NCBI GenBank assembly: GCA_963808235.1
Contig: CAWEEQ010000004.1
Span: 2,619,611-2,683,610 of the forward strand
Length of the DNA stretch: 64,000 nt
Origin: an uncultured delta proteobacterium
GTDB taxonomy: Bacteria > Desulfobacterota > Binatia > Binatales > Binataceae
Reading direction: 5' to 3'
Shown here: one piece after another, positions 1 through 9,443 of the stretch
How positions within the stretch are numbered: the stretch's first letter is position 1
Layout of the letters: the number at the start of each line of letters is the position of its first letter
Notes under the pieces: generated by a model
Told to the model about the DNA's origin: nothing
Database searches by the model: none
Seen by the model: the letters and a program-made list of their open reading frames with translations, nothing else
Position numbers and translations under genes: made by a program

Positions 1-681
1 AACAAAAATTATGAACAGCTTCGGCCAGCGCGGCCCCGGATGATCTAACCCGACGGTTACTCGATTCAGGCCGGCGCCAATGATCATTTGTACGATCGCC
101 AACGAAAGCTTTAGCCACCACTCTCGATTCACAACTTCAGTAGCCGTTCGCTTCGACTCGGCATTGCCGTATTGCGGAAAAAACTCGCTCGGGCGAATAA
201 GCGGTCCAAGCAGCGTGAATGGAAACGTGATCCAGATCACGTAGTCGATAAAATCGAGCTTCTTCAAACGCCCCGATCCGAATTCCCACAAGAACGATAT
301 AGTTCGCAGCAGCAGCCACATGTCGTGGTCGGGCAGCGTCCATAAAACTCCAAATGCATGCACACTGAAGCGGTCCAGTAGATGCACGCTGCCGGCAAAG
401 AAAATTGCGATCACCGCAATCATCGTGGCGCATGCGTACGTCCACCGCCGCTTCCCGAGTTTCGCCTCGAGAGGCGTGATCCTTTCGAGGAACCGCGCAA
501 AACCGAACAGCAACAGTATCCAGAGCAGGTAGCCGAAGAACTGATTCCGATAAACGACAGTAGCGACTATCAAGCTGAGCGCTAGATAGCCATATCGGCG
601 GCGAAGCAATGGCAGGCATATGACAGCCACTGCGCTTGCAATGACGGCGACTAGCGAGTACTCGGCTGCGATGAGCATCAT
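1..681 (-). CDS. MBOAT-family membrane O-acyltransferase (AlgI/DltB-like), N-terminal about 227 aa; C-terminus lies beyond the window start
   Basis: Reading the minus strand from ATG ATG at 681/678 gives MMLIAAEYSLVAVIASAVAVICLPLL... with no stop through position 1. The translation has several TM helices and the MBOAT signature WITFPFTLLGPLIRPSEF (compare AlgI FFPQLIAGPI). It is absent from the ORF track because it runs off the edge. It lies in a different frame from the listed 137..619 ORF. Confidence 0.5.
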   Translation of the reverse strand, partial: MMLIAAEYSLVAVIASAVAVICLPLLRRRYGYLALSLIVATVVYRNQFFGYLLWILLLFGFARFLERITPLEAKLGKRRWTYACATMIAVIAIFFAGSVHLLDRFSVHAFGVLWTLPDHDMWLLLRTISFLWEFGSGRLKKLDFIDYVIWITFPFTLLGPLIRPSEFFPQYGNAESKRTATEVVNREWWLKLSLAIVQMIIGAGLNRVTVGLDHPGPRWPKLFIIFV

Positions 682-750
682 CTGAGGTGGAAACTGTGGC
701 TATATGGAGCCGAATCGCAAATCAAGATCTCCTCTAGACTCAAACCCTCG

Positions 751-1932
751 GTGAAGCGAGTAGCCCTAGTCTACGGGGCGCCTGCGGGAGTCGGTGGCCT
801 TGGCGGTCAAGCTGCGAGCGCAATCCAGGCTTTGGCGATCGATGGCGTGGAACTCCATGCATTCGGCCCCGGCCACGCCGAGCGTTGGCCTCTCACCTGC
901 GCTACACCTGGTATTTTCTGGCACGAAGCCCCCCGCCCGATTTCGCGCTGGAGAACGCAGTACACCCTGCTGCGATGGCGCCAGGGGCGGTTGGTATTCG
1001 AAAATAGTCGCGCGCTCGGACGCTGGGCGGCCGAGCAAATCGCGCGCCTCAAGCCGGATTGCTGCTACGTTTTCACACAAGTCGGCCTCGAGTCACTGAA
1101 GTGGGCCGCGCGCGCCTCGATTCCGACCGTGCTCGACAATCCGAATGGACATATCCGGAACTTCCGCCGGGTCTATGACCAGGAGTCCGCGCGATGGTGC
1201 GGCGCGTCATTTCATGGACACCCGACTGCGGCGATGGTCGAGCGGGTCGAGAATGAATACCTACTCGCCGGACGGATCCGCGTTTCCTCGCAATGGGCGA
1301 AGCGTTCGATGCTGTCTCATGGTGTGGCCGGCAAGGAGATCGGCGTGTTCGGCCAGCCAGTCGATCTGACCCGATACGCGCCGAACGCAACCCCGGCGCA
1401 AGCCGAAGGCAGGCTCCGGGTCTGTTATGTGGGCGCTCTGGATCTCCGCAAAGGCTTCGTCTACCTCCTGCGCGCCGCAAAGATGCTCGGGGCGGATGCT
1501 ATCGACCTGGAGATCGTCGGAGCAACCGGGGACCGCGCGAGCCGCATACTATTCGAGCACGAATCCGCCGGCGTTAACTTGCGGTGTGCTCCGGGCGATC
1601 CGATCCCGGCGTATCAGCGCGCCGAGCTGTTTGTATTGCCAACCCTCGAGGACGGTTTCGGCTTCGTCGTCGCGGAAGCAATGGCAAGCGGCCTGCCCGT
1701 CGTCGTGACCGACTGTTGCGGCGCGGCGGAGTGGGTGCGGCCGGGCGAGACCGGCTGGGTGGTGCCCGGCGGAGACGCCGAAGCATTGGCGGGGGCCTTC
1801 CGGGACGCGATACGTCGGCGCAAAGATCTTCGTGCGATGGGTCGGCGCGCTCGCTACGACGCGGAGAATCGCGGCGGCCTTCATTGTTCCGTTGCGCTGC
1901 GCCAATGGGTCTTCGGGGAAGCCCGGCACTGA
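751..1932 (+). CDS. glycosyltransferase family 1 (GT4)
   Basis: GTG start. C-terminal GT4 motif EDGFGFVVAEAMASGLPVVVTD...GETG. Confidence 0.85.
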   Translation: MKRVALVYGAPAGVGGLGGQAASAIQALAIDGVELHAFGPGHAERWPLTCATPGIFWHEAPRPISRWRTQYTLLRWRQGRLVFENSRALGRWAAEQIARLKPDCCYVFTQVGLESLKWAARASIPTVLDNPNGHIRNFRRVYDQESARWCGASFHGHPTAAMVERVENEYLLAGRIRVSSQWAKRSMLSHGVAGKEIGVFGQPVDLTRYAPNATPAQAEGRLRVCYVGALDLRKGFVYLLRAAKMLGADAIDLEIVGATGDRASRILFEHESAGVNLRCAPGDPIPAYQRAELFVLPTLEDGFGFVVAEAMASGLPVVVTDCCGAAEWVRPGETGWVVPGGDAEALAGAFRDAIRRRKDLRAMGRRARYDAENRGGLHCSVALRQWVFGEARH

Positions 1933-1947
1933 GCCGGCGATTTCGCG

Positions 1948-2679
1948 ATGCCAACGCCAGCGTGGAAAAAGCTCGCGCGCATCGTCGCGTGGCCGCTGAG
2001 GTCGGGATGGCCCGACGAAGCGCGATGGGTAGTTCAGGGTCCGATATTCGGTCGCCTGATCAATAGCGCAACCCTCGGCGCGCCGCGCGGTTTGACGATT
2101 CTCAATGCAGGCGCCGGCGAAGGATCGTTTTCCCCGTTGCTGCTTGCGATCCCGGGCGCGGCGCATGTGGTCGAGATGGACTATTCATACCGAACCGGTC
2201 CGCGCAGTGTCTCTGATACCCGCCAGCACGTGGTGGCCGCGTCGCTGACCAACATTCCGATCAAGTCCGCGTCTTTCGACTTCGTCTTGTGCAGCGAAGT
2301 CCTGGAGCACATCGACGACGACGCCTCGGCTCTCGATGAACTTTGCCGCGTGGTGGCTCCGGGCGGATGGCTGCTGATTTCTGTGCCTACGCCGCCGGCG
2401 GTTTACGATCCCGACCATGCGCGCGAGGGTTACGCTGCGGCCGATCTGACCCGGATGCTGCGCGACCGCGGACTCGGCGTGGTCGAGGTCGCCTATTGCA
2501 TGCACGGCGCTTTCAAACTGGTACTTCGCGGATGGCGCCGGTTCGGCCGTCTGCCGCGAGCTCTCTTGCTTGGCCTCGCGACCTTCGACCGGTTCTGCCG
2601 CATCGGCGCCCCCATGGACCTAATCGTGCTCTCGCGGCTTCCCAGCGGCGATGATCCACGACCCCTCACGAGTCAATAG
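1948..2679 (+). CDS. class I SAM-dependent methyltransferase
   Basis: Motif I ILNAGAGEGSF, then LDELCRVVAPGGWLLISVP (Methyltransf_11/23-like). Confidence 0.75.
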   Translation: MPTPAWKKLARIVAWPLRSGWPDEARWVVQGPIFGRLINSATLGAPRGLTILNAGAGEGSFSPLLLAIPGAAHVVEMDYSYRTGPRSVSDTRQHVVAASLTNIPIKSASFDFVLCSEVLEHIDDDASALDELCRVVAPGGWLLISVPTPPAVYDPDHAREGYAAADLTRMLRDRGLGVVEVAYCMHGAFKLVLRGWRRFGRLPRALLLGLATFDRFCRIGAPMDLIVLSRLPSGDDPRPLTSQ

Positions 2680-5600
2680 CCTTCCACGATTACCCAGCCC
2701 GTTTTCGTCGCGCTCATCGAGGCCGGTAGGGTCAGCGCCGTTGTCGAGGCGGTCGAGCCACCCGAGTCGTCGGCGGTGATCTTCGGCACGTTCGCGAATG
2801 CGATGGGATAGGTGATCGTCTGTGCTGTCGCGGTCGTGTTCTCATACCCGTTAAGAAAGACCACGACCTTCTTCACACTCGAGTCCATCGCCGGCTGGGA
2901 CCATACCGCTGTCCCCGCCGTCGTTCCGTTGAGCGTCGTCTGGGTGCGGGTGCTGCCGCCAATCACCTGATATGGAACTCCCGCGCTGGTAAAGCTATTG
3001 CCGGATGGCGGCGTGGTAAGGTGAGCCTCGAAGGTCACGTTATCGAAAACCACCGCGCCGAAGATCGGCGGCGTACCGGTCAGGTTCGTGCCGTCAACGT
3101 AAGGGCCGGTGCCCGATACGTGCGTCATCTCGCCGTTGTGAATGCCAATTCCGCCAAGGATCTGACCGTCAAGCGTGATCACCGGGGCGTTGAAAGAGGC
3201 AAGCGAGCTATTCGACACTGACAGCCACGGCCCGGTAGGTTGGAGCATGTTCGGCACTTCGACAACTGTGAAGGTGCCGCCATTCTCGGAATCGATCGAA
3301 GTCGAATCGACGTGCAGCCAACCAGGATCGATAATCGCCCACTTGGTGCTCGACGGGGTCAGAAAATATGAACCGCTGACGAGCGGGCCGTTGGTCTCGA
3401 TACACGCACTGCCACAGGTGAAATTCAGATTGTAGAGCGGAGTCAGGCCGCCGTTTACCGACATGGCAATGGCAGCTCCGGGAGCTCCCGGGCCGCCGAA
3501 CAGATTTCGCCCCGAGCCGCCGTAGTCGTTGATCTGATCGAGCATCAGACCGTATTGCGCGCCGTTAAAGCCGATGTTCTCCAGTTGCGGCGCGGTTACG
3601 TTGGCAATCAGGTTGAAGCTGCCGCCCGAGATCGTCAGGTCCTTGATATGCGGCTGATTGCCGCCCGCGTTACCCAGCCCGAAATTTCGCATCATCATCC
3701 ACGGCTGATCTTGCGCCGTCGACGCGAGGTTGCCACCGGCCAGGAAATATCCTTCCGGACTTACCAACGGCAGGCTGGTGTTACTCCAGTTTTCAAGCAG
3801 GACCGTGTTTGCATCGTTTGCCAGCTTCGAATTTGGCGCCGTGCAGCCACCAGAGTCGTTGGTGCATCGAGCGGAGTTGCTGAGTCGGACCGAGTCCATC
3901 TTGCCCTGAAAATTCTCCTGCGGAACCAGCAGATGCCAATATTCCACGTCAGAGCCAAGCACCAGGTCCTCATCGACGCGCTGTGACACCGTGCCAGTCA
4001 TCGCAATCTTGCCGTCTGAAGTGAGTGCCGCTCCGGGGATGGCGTGGTAGAACCGGGCATTGGAGCCGTCGTAGGAGAGTTGATAGTAGTAAGTCGTGTT
4101 CGCTGATAGTGCGGCGGCAGTCTTGAACGTGCTCGCGCCGACCCATCCCGTAGTGCTGGTATGAAAACGCGCTTTCAGCTTGCTGTCAGCGCCATCCCAG
4201 AACACTTCAAACGCACCCTTGCAACTTGGTGGACTTGCGCCGTCGCTCGGAAACTGACTGCATCCCGTCGCGACCGGCGCCACCGCTCCCAGGCTGCCGA
4301 TCAGCATCTGCGTCGCACCAGCGTTCGTCGTCGTGAAGAAGCCCTCCGCCGTGAACGCTGCAAGACCGTTCAACGCGCGATTACCCAGCGCCTCGTCAGC
4401 GTCAAACAACACGGAGCCGGTGCCGAAGTTGAACGAATTGCCGCTGCCAACGAGTGCCGGGGCAAGACCCGCTCCACCGGCGTTACTCATAACAGCCGGT
4501 GGCGCGAGGACCATCGTCGGCATCACGGAACGCCTTCGGCACGGCAGAATCGTCGTCTCCAGCCGCCCCGCGCCTAGCACGTCGGGAAGATTCGGGTTGC
4601 TCGCGCAAGTGTGAAACCACGGCTGCGCGCACACCTGGTAAGACCCGGCAGGGAGACAAACCGGCACTCCCTTCGCGCAAGCGTCGAGGCTCGCCGCGTC
4701 GAGAGCCGCATAGGAATCATTGGCGCCGGTAGGATCGGCGCCGTACTTTGGATCGACCGGGTTAACACAATTATTTACATCGAAGCCGGTTAGCGGACTG
4801 GAGAGCTGCGAATAGTTAGCTGAGTTGGTAGAGCGCAGAGAAGTTAAGGTCATCGGCTGATCTTGTACCGCGACATTCTCCGGCGCCGACGCGACCGGCA
4901 GAATTGCGATCTGCGCGACTCCCCATGCGCCGCTGCCGATTGCCCTGCCCGTCGCGGTCGCGGGAGCGGTGTTGTACGACCAGCAAAACTCATTGCCCAT
5001 GTTGGCAATTCCGGTGTTCGAGGCCGGAGCAGTAAGGGCTAGCGGCGGATTTTGCTGGGAGGCACATACGATCATGAGATCTTTGGAGTTCGTCGTGACC
5101 GGTGCTGCCTGACTGAAGGTTGTCGATGACGCTATCGTGCTGCCGGAACTTACATCAGGCAGCCCTGCCTGGCCCAAGTCCATCAGAACTCCAAAGCCGA
5201 AGGTCGCGACAGAGTAGCCGACCGTGTAAGTCGATGGTTCGCTGGCGGTTGCTACTTTGTAAAAGCAGTTGTGAGTCTGGCCGTTGCCCTGGTCCTGCCG
5301 GATTTGCGTGAACGATGCCGGCGGAGTCACCGTCTCCGTCCCGGTTGGCATCCCGGAGCAGAACAGAAGCAAGTCTCCCTGGACTGTGTTGCTCGGCTTG
5401 TTAGCCGTACAACTTGTCGTATTGCCAGTTTGACAAGTAGTCGCGCCGGGCCTGATGAAAGGCTGCAGCCAGGTACCGAGCTGAGCACCAACCTGGCCGA
5501 ACGCTAGCGCATCTCCAAACGAAGTTGCGCTGGCCAGGTTGGTGACTTTGTGCGCGTTGAAGTTCACGTCGGCAATCGGACTCAGGCTGCCTACTCCGCA

Positions 5601-5951
5601 CGTCCACTGCCCGTTTTGTCCCATCGCCCAGGCGCCGTTTCCGCCAGCCGCGCAGGGAATGGTCTTCGTGCAGTTGTTGCAGTAGATAAGCGTGCCATCT
5701 TGTTCGGCCGGAAAACTCGCAAATGCCACGTTGACGATTGTCGGCGCGATCGGCTGGATGCCGGAGAGGCGGTCGTTGATTGCCTGGCGGAATTGCAAGC
5801 CCGCGCCGACTCCGGTGAAGTTTGGGATCGGCTGGTATGCTCCGGGTGGCGGCAGGTTCTGCGCCTTGACGAGGCTTGCCAGGAGAATCCAGATTGCGAG
5901 CGCCAGAATTGGAGCACCGAACGCGCGCCCGAAGAACCTTCTGAAATCCAT
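2673..5951 (-). CDS. large secreted protein (about 1092 aa) with signal peptide, Cys-rich N-domain, right-handed beta-helix (pectate-lyase-like) region and LamG/concanavalin-like domain
   Basis: The track ORF 2673..6206 is trimmed to the internal ATG at 5951, where MDFRRFFGRAFGAPILALAIWILLASLVKA| is a clear signal peptide. VDPKYGADPTGANDSYAALDAA matches the N-cap of Pectate_lyase_3/beta-helix proteins. FHTSTTGWVGA...TTYYYQLSYDGSNARFY is LamG-like. The protein is Thr/Ser/Asn/Gly-rich with many N-x-S/T sequons. Confidence 0.65.
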   Translation of the reverse strand: MDFRRFFGRAFGAPILALAIWILLASLVKAQNLPPPGAYQPIPNFTGVGAGLQFRQAINDRLSGIQPIAPTIVNVAFASFPAEQDGTLIYCNNCTKTIPCAAGGNGAWAMGQNGQWTCGVGSLSPIADVNFNAHKVTNLASATSFGDALAFGQVGAQLGTWLQPFIRPGATTCQTGNTTSCTANKPSNTVQGDLLLFCSGMPTGTETVTPPASFTQIRQDQGNGQTHNCFYKVATASEPSTYTVGYSVATFGFGVLMDLGQAGLPDVSSGSTIASSTTFSQAAPVTTNSKDLMIVCASQQNPPLALTAPASNTGIANMGNEFCWSYNTAPATATGRAIGSGAWGVAQIAILPVASAPENVAVQDQPMTLTSLRSTNSANYSQLSSPLTGFDVNNCVNPVDPKYGADPTGANDSYAALDAASLDACAKGVPVCLPAGSYQVCAQPWFHTCASNPNLPDVLGAGRLETTILPCRRRSVMPTMVLAPPAVMSNAGGAGLAPALVGSGNSFNFGTGSVLFDADEALGNRALNGLAAFTAEGFFTTTNAGATQMLIGSLGAVAPVATGCSQFPSDGASPPSCKGAFEVFWDGADSKLKARFHTSTTGWVGASTFKTAAALSANTTYYYQLSYDGSNARFYHAIPGAALTSDGKIAMTGTVSQRVDEDLVLGSDVEYWHLLVPQENFQGKMDSVRLSNSARCTNDSGGCTAPNSKLANDANTVLLENWSNTSLPLVSPEGYFLAGGNLASTAQDQPWMMMRNFGLGNAGGNQPHIKDLTISGGSFNLIANVTAPQLENIGFNGAQYGLMLDQINDYGGSGRNLFGGPGAPGAAIAMSVNGGLTPLYNLNFTCGSACIETNGPLVSGSYFLTPSSTKWAIIDPGWLHVDSTSIDSENGGTFTVVEVPNMLQPTGPWLSVSNSSLASFNAPVITLDGQILGGIGIHNGEMTHVSGTGPYVDGTNLTGTPPIFGAVVFDNVTFEAHLTTPPSGNSFTSAGVPYQVIGGSTRTQTTLNGTTAGTAVWSQPAMDSSVKKVVVFLNGYENTTATAQTITYPIAFANVPKITADDSGGSTASTTALTLPASMSATKTGWVIVEGY

Positions 5952-6076
5952 CCAATCTCTCCCGCGCACGGACGCGCGTTGATATTCGAGGCACCGCCGG
6001 CCCGACCTGGCGGAGATGCTTCTGCCGGTCATTGTGGCTCGGAAAACCGGGGAGCGTAAGGCTGAACAGTTCATCC

Positions 6077-7297
6077 CTAAGGAATTTTGGCGGAGGCCGA
6101 CAAAATGTCGAGGAGGCGGGCTAAATGGGAGCTCAATTCGAATTGTGACGCCAATCGGAATGCGCCTTCGCGCAGTTGGCTGAAATGCGGTTCGTCGCGC
6201 ACGCATTGGGCTATTGCGCCGGCCAATTTGTCGGGGCGGGCGGGATGCGCGTCGGCAAGATGGCCGTTGACTCCGTCATGAAGCCACTCGGGGATGCCGC
6301 CGACGGCAAATGCCGCGGCCGGAACGCGGTGCAGCCCTGCTTCCGGACCGGTCAGTCCAAACGGTTCCGGCCAGACACTCGGGACGACCAGCAGATCGGA
6401 GTTGTCGAAGGCAGCGGCCAGGTCCGCCGACTCGAGGATGGGGTGAAAAACAATTTTCAGGCTGGAATTCTGCCGCATGATCTCGGTCGCCAAGATTTGC
6501 GACGCCACTTTCGCTTGTCCTTCGCCAACAAGATCCAGTTGGATTGAGCGGCCGCCGACCTGTGACGCTATGATCGGCAATGCACGGAGCAAGACCTCTG
6601 CGCCTTTTTCGAACACCATTCGGCCGGCGAAGAGCAATTTGAGTTGGACGCTGCGATCGGCGGCCGTTCTCGAGGATGGCACGCTCGATTTGTGCTCGGT
6701 AATTGGCAGACGCACGAGATGGACCGAGCCGGCGGAGAGTCCGTGCTTCAGGTACTCGCGACGCATGTGCTCGCTGCCCACAATGATCGCGCGATAGCGG
6801 CCAAGGTTGCGAAGCCTGGTTTCCTGTTGGCGATAATCATTCCACATCGTCACGGGATTCAAGCCGCCGCATCGGCGCGGGTAGTAGTAGGCCAGGCAAG
6901 CCGCGCCGAAGCGCCGGTCGCATGGTTCGAAAGCGGGAATCCGGAAACTCTTACGCCCGCTGATGCAGGTTCCCGAGTAAACGTGTGCGTAGAAGACCGC
7001 GGGAGCAATCGCCAGCAACTGAGTTTCGATAGCAGGATCCTGGATGCCATTGACGTAGATCACATCCGGACGCCAGTCGCGAAGCGCGGCGAGTGCGGCG
7101 GGCGCACCCAGCTCAACAATGCACCAGATGGGCACGTCGTTTGAGGCGATTATCGGCGGGCGCGTGTCGACGCCGCCATTCTCGGAGAATAGTGCGACTT
7201 CGCAACCGTGCTGGCGCATCTCTGGCGCCAATCGTTGAAGGTAGGTCTCGACGCCGCCGGCCATGCGATAGGAGCAGTTGACAATAGCTACTCGCAA
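6077..7297 (-). CDS. glycosyltransferase family 1 (GT4)
   Basis: EPFGLTGPEAGLHRVPAAAFAVGGIPEWLHDGVNGHL (E-x7-E GT4 motif). Confidence 0.85.
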   Translation of the reverse strand: MRVAIVNCSYRMAGGVETYLQRLAPEMRQHGCEVALFSENGGVDTRPPIIASNDVPIWCIVELGAPAALAALRDWRPDVIYVNGIQDPAIETQLLAIAPAVFYAHVYSGTCISGRKSFRIPAFEPCDRRFGAACLAYYYPRRCGGLNPVTMWNDYRQQETRLRNLGRYRAIIVGSEHMRREYLKHGLSAGSVHLVRLPITEHKSSVPSSRTAADRSVQLKLLFAGRMVFEKGAEVLLRALPIIASQVGGRSIQLDLVGEGQAKVASQILATEIMRQNSSLKIVFHPILESADLAAAFDNSDLLVVPSVWPEPFGLTGPEAGLHRVPAAAFAVGGIPEWLHDGVNGHLADAHPARPDKLAGAIAQCVRDEPHFSQLREGAFRLASQFELSSHLARLLDILSASAKIP

Positions 7298-7301
7298 AGG
7301 G

Positions 7302-8012
7302 CTACCGATGCTGCTTAGCGACGCTAGCGATATACAGCAGCTGCCAGCCGAAGAGTCCCGGCAAGTAGCTGGTCGCGAAGCGATCCAGGGCTGCTACCGT
7401 CTGTGAAGGAAGGTTCAATTTTCGCGCCAGGGGGAATATGCCTTCTACCGTGGCGGTCGAAACCTGAAAGCCGTTTGACTCCAAAAGCCTTCTGCCCGAA
7501 GCGAAGGTATAGAACCGCACGTGGGTGGTGTCCATGATCCCGCCTTCCTCGTACTCGAATTTTCCGAGCAGGAAACTCAGGCGATAGCGCCAGCTCACGA
7601 CGTTCGGCAACGCAACGGCGACGATGCCTCCCGACGCCAGCACGCGATGCAAATCGCCAAGAACTCGAGCTGGATTGCGCAGGTGTTCGAGCACATGGGA
7701 GAGGACCACCAAATCGTAACCGTCGCTGACTGCGGGTGGGAGTCCTGATTCGAGATCCGCGATAATAACTGTCTTACAAGTTCGCGAGGCTTTGGATTGC
7801 TCTTCGGGACTGATCGTTATGCCGTCAACCATCCATCCGCGGCTGGAAAGGATGCGGGCGTTGTCGCCGGCGCCGCAGCCGCAATCGAGCGCGTGGCCTG
7901 CCGGCTTCGACTTGATCAGATCAAGCAGTGCGAGATTGCCGGTGTTCTCATAGATGCGATTTGCGCAGTCTCTGTTTGCGCTAGATCCCGCGGTCTCATC
8001 CGGCCCGCGCAT
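7302..8012 (-). CDS. class I SAM-dependent methyltransferase
   Basis: LDCGCGAGDNARIL motif I and LASGGIVAVALPN. Start chosen at the internal ATG (MRGPDETAG...) because the longer ORF to 8357 would overlap the upstream SDR gene by 360 nt. Confidence 0.7.
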   Translation of the reverse strand: MRGPDETAGSSANRDCANRIYENTGNLALLDLIKSKPAGHALDCGCGAGDNARILSSRGWMVDGITISPEEQSKASRTCKTVIIADLESGLPPAVSDGYDLVVLSHVLEHLRNPARVLGDLHRVLASGGIVAVALPNVVSWRYRLSFLLGKFEYEEGGIMDTTHVRFYTFASGRRLLESNGFQVSTATVEGIFPLARKLNLPSQTVAALDRFATSYLPGLFGWQLLYIASVAKQHR

Positions 8013-8916
8013 CGGTTCTCCACCATTTGATAGACTCAGCGATGCCGCCTTGCAGCGTCCATCGCGGGTTCCATCCAACTTCTTCGCGCACTTTGCGGGT
8101 ATCGGCACAAACCACAGGAGGATCGCCGGGCGCCGACTCGATGGCACCGAATTCGATCTGAGCGGGCTGGTGGCTTTGCGTCTCGATCTGCCGCGCGATC
8201 TCTTCGACGATGGAGCGAATTGTAATCGCCTCGCCAGATCCAATGTTGATTGCGCCGTTCGACGAGCTATCCAACAGCGCAACGAAAGCTTCGGCAACAT
8301 CCGCGACGTAGAGGAAATCGCGCATCTGACGCCCGTGACTGCATCGCGCTTTCTCACCCCGCAGCAAGGAAGTTATTACTGAGGGGACCAGCCGTTCGCG
8401 AGCCTCGCGCGGACCGTAAAGGTAGAAGACCCGGCCCCATGCGGCGCTGACTCCCGCGCGGGCGGAAAATTCCATGACGTTGCGGCGGAGACTATCTTTG
8501 CAGGTTCCGTAGAGTGTCGAAGGAGCGGTAGGAGTTAGATCCTCAGAGCAGGTACCGCGGCCAAGATCGTATTCGAAGCAGGAGCCCGCAAAGACCGCAC
8601 GCTTACCGCCGTTCTCCGCGAATTCCTTGAGCAGGCACATCCCGGCCTCGCACCACCGGAGATTTTCGCGCGACTCGCGATAGTCGCGCGGCTGCGCGTA
8701 CCAGGCGAGATGAAGCAGATGAGTCGGGCTCACTTCGCGCACCAGATTGGCGATAGCTGACGGTTCGAGGAGATCGGCGCGATGCCATTCGACGCCATCG
8801 ACCTCGCGACGATTTTTGAGCCACGCCGCATGAACCTCGTAACCCTTGCTTTGAAGGACATCCAGGCTGTGGCTTCCGATGAAACCGCTCGCACCGGTAA
8901 CCAAGACGCGTCTCAT
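7996..8916 (-). CDS. NAD-dependent epimerase/dehydratase family (SDR) protein, likely nucleotide-6-deoxyhexose 4-reductase
   Basis: N-terminal Rossmann motif MRRVLVTGASGFIGSH; extended-SDR length. Sits in the CDP-sugar operon. Confidence 0.8.
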   Translation of the reverse strand: MRRVLVTGASGFIGSHSLDVLQSKGYEVHAAWLKNRREVDGVEWHRADLLEPSAIANLVREVSPTHLLHLAWYAQPRDYRESRENLRWCEAGMCLLKEFAENGGKRAVFAGSCFEYDLGRGTCSEDLTPTAPSTLYGTCKDSLRRNVMEFSARAGVSAAWGRVFYLYGPREARERLVPSVITSLLRGEKARCSHGRQMRDFLYVADVAEAFVALLDSSSNGAINIGSGEAITIRSIVEEIARQIETQSHQPAQIEFGAIESAPGDPPVVCADTRKVREEVGWNPRWTLQGGIAESIKWWRTDARAG

Positions 8917-9443
8917 GAGACAAAATCCGGATGACTGCTATCTTTGGATGAGATCACTTCGGGTCGCATCGGCCACAGAATGTTGAAGGCCGGATCGTTC
9001 CATCGGACGGCGCGCTCGGACTCGGGAGAATAAAATGCCGAGACCTGGTACAAAATCTCACAGTTGTCAGTCAGAGTGAGATAGCCGTGTGCGAATCCGG
9101 CGGGCACATAGAGCATCCGGCGGTTCTCAGCGTCGAGCTGAAGACCTATCCAGTCCCGGTAACTGGGTGAGGCCGTTCTGAGATCGACGACCACGTCGTA
9201 TATAGCACCGCGGACGCATCGCACCAGCTTAGTCTCCTCGTTGGGCCTGACCTGGTAGTGCATACCGCGCAGGGTGCCGCGCTGACTGTTAAAGGATAGA
9301 TTGCTTTGCACGAAGTCGGTGGCCAGGCCATGCGCGGCGAATTCATTGCGGCAGAATGCTCGTGCAAAGAATCCACGCTCGTCGTCTTTGCGCTCGAGGT
9401 CAATCAGGTAAGCGTCCTTCAATTTGCACGCGGTGAAAATCAC
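8913..9443 (-). CDS. RmlC-like cupin, nucleotide-4-keto-6-deoxyhexose 3,5-epimerase
   Basis: MIFTACKLKDAYLIDLERKDDERGFFARAF...RGMHYQ is typical of dTDP/CDP-4-dehydro-6-deoxyhexose 3,5-epimerases. 4-nt overlaps with both neighbours. Confidence 0.8.
   Translation of the reverse strand: MIFTACKLKDAYLIDLERKDDERGFFARAFCRNEFAAHGLATDFVQSNLSFNSQRGTLRGMHYQVRPNEETKLVRCVRGAIYDVVVDLRTASPSYRDWIGLQLDAENRRMLYVPAGFAHGYLTLTDNCEILYQVSAFYSPESERAVRWNDPAFNILWPMRPEVISSKDSSHPDFVS

Noticed and set aside
137-619. 160-aa minus-strand ORF and overlapping + strand ORFs (320..532, 382..585)
   Set aside because: No motifs, odd composition. The same DNA in another minus-strand frame encodes a convincing MBOAT N-terminus, so these are taken as frame artefacts.
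5952-6206. N-terminal 85 aa of the 1177-aa track ORF
   Set aside because: An Arg-rich stretch without a signal peptide, running into the upstream GT4 gene. The internal MDFRRFF... start gives a textbook signal peptide.
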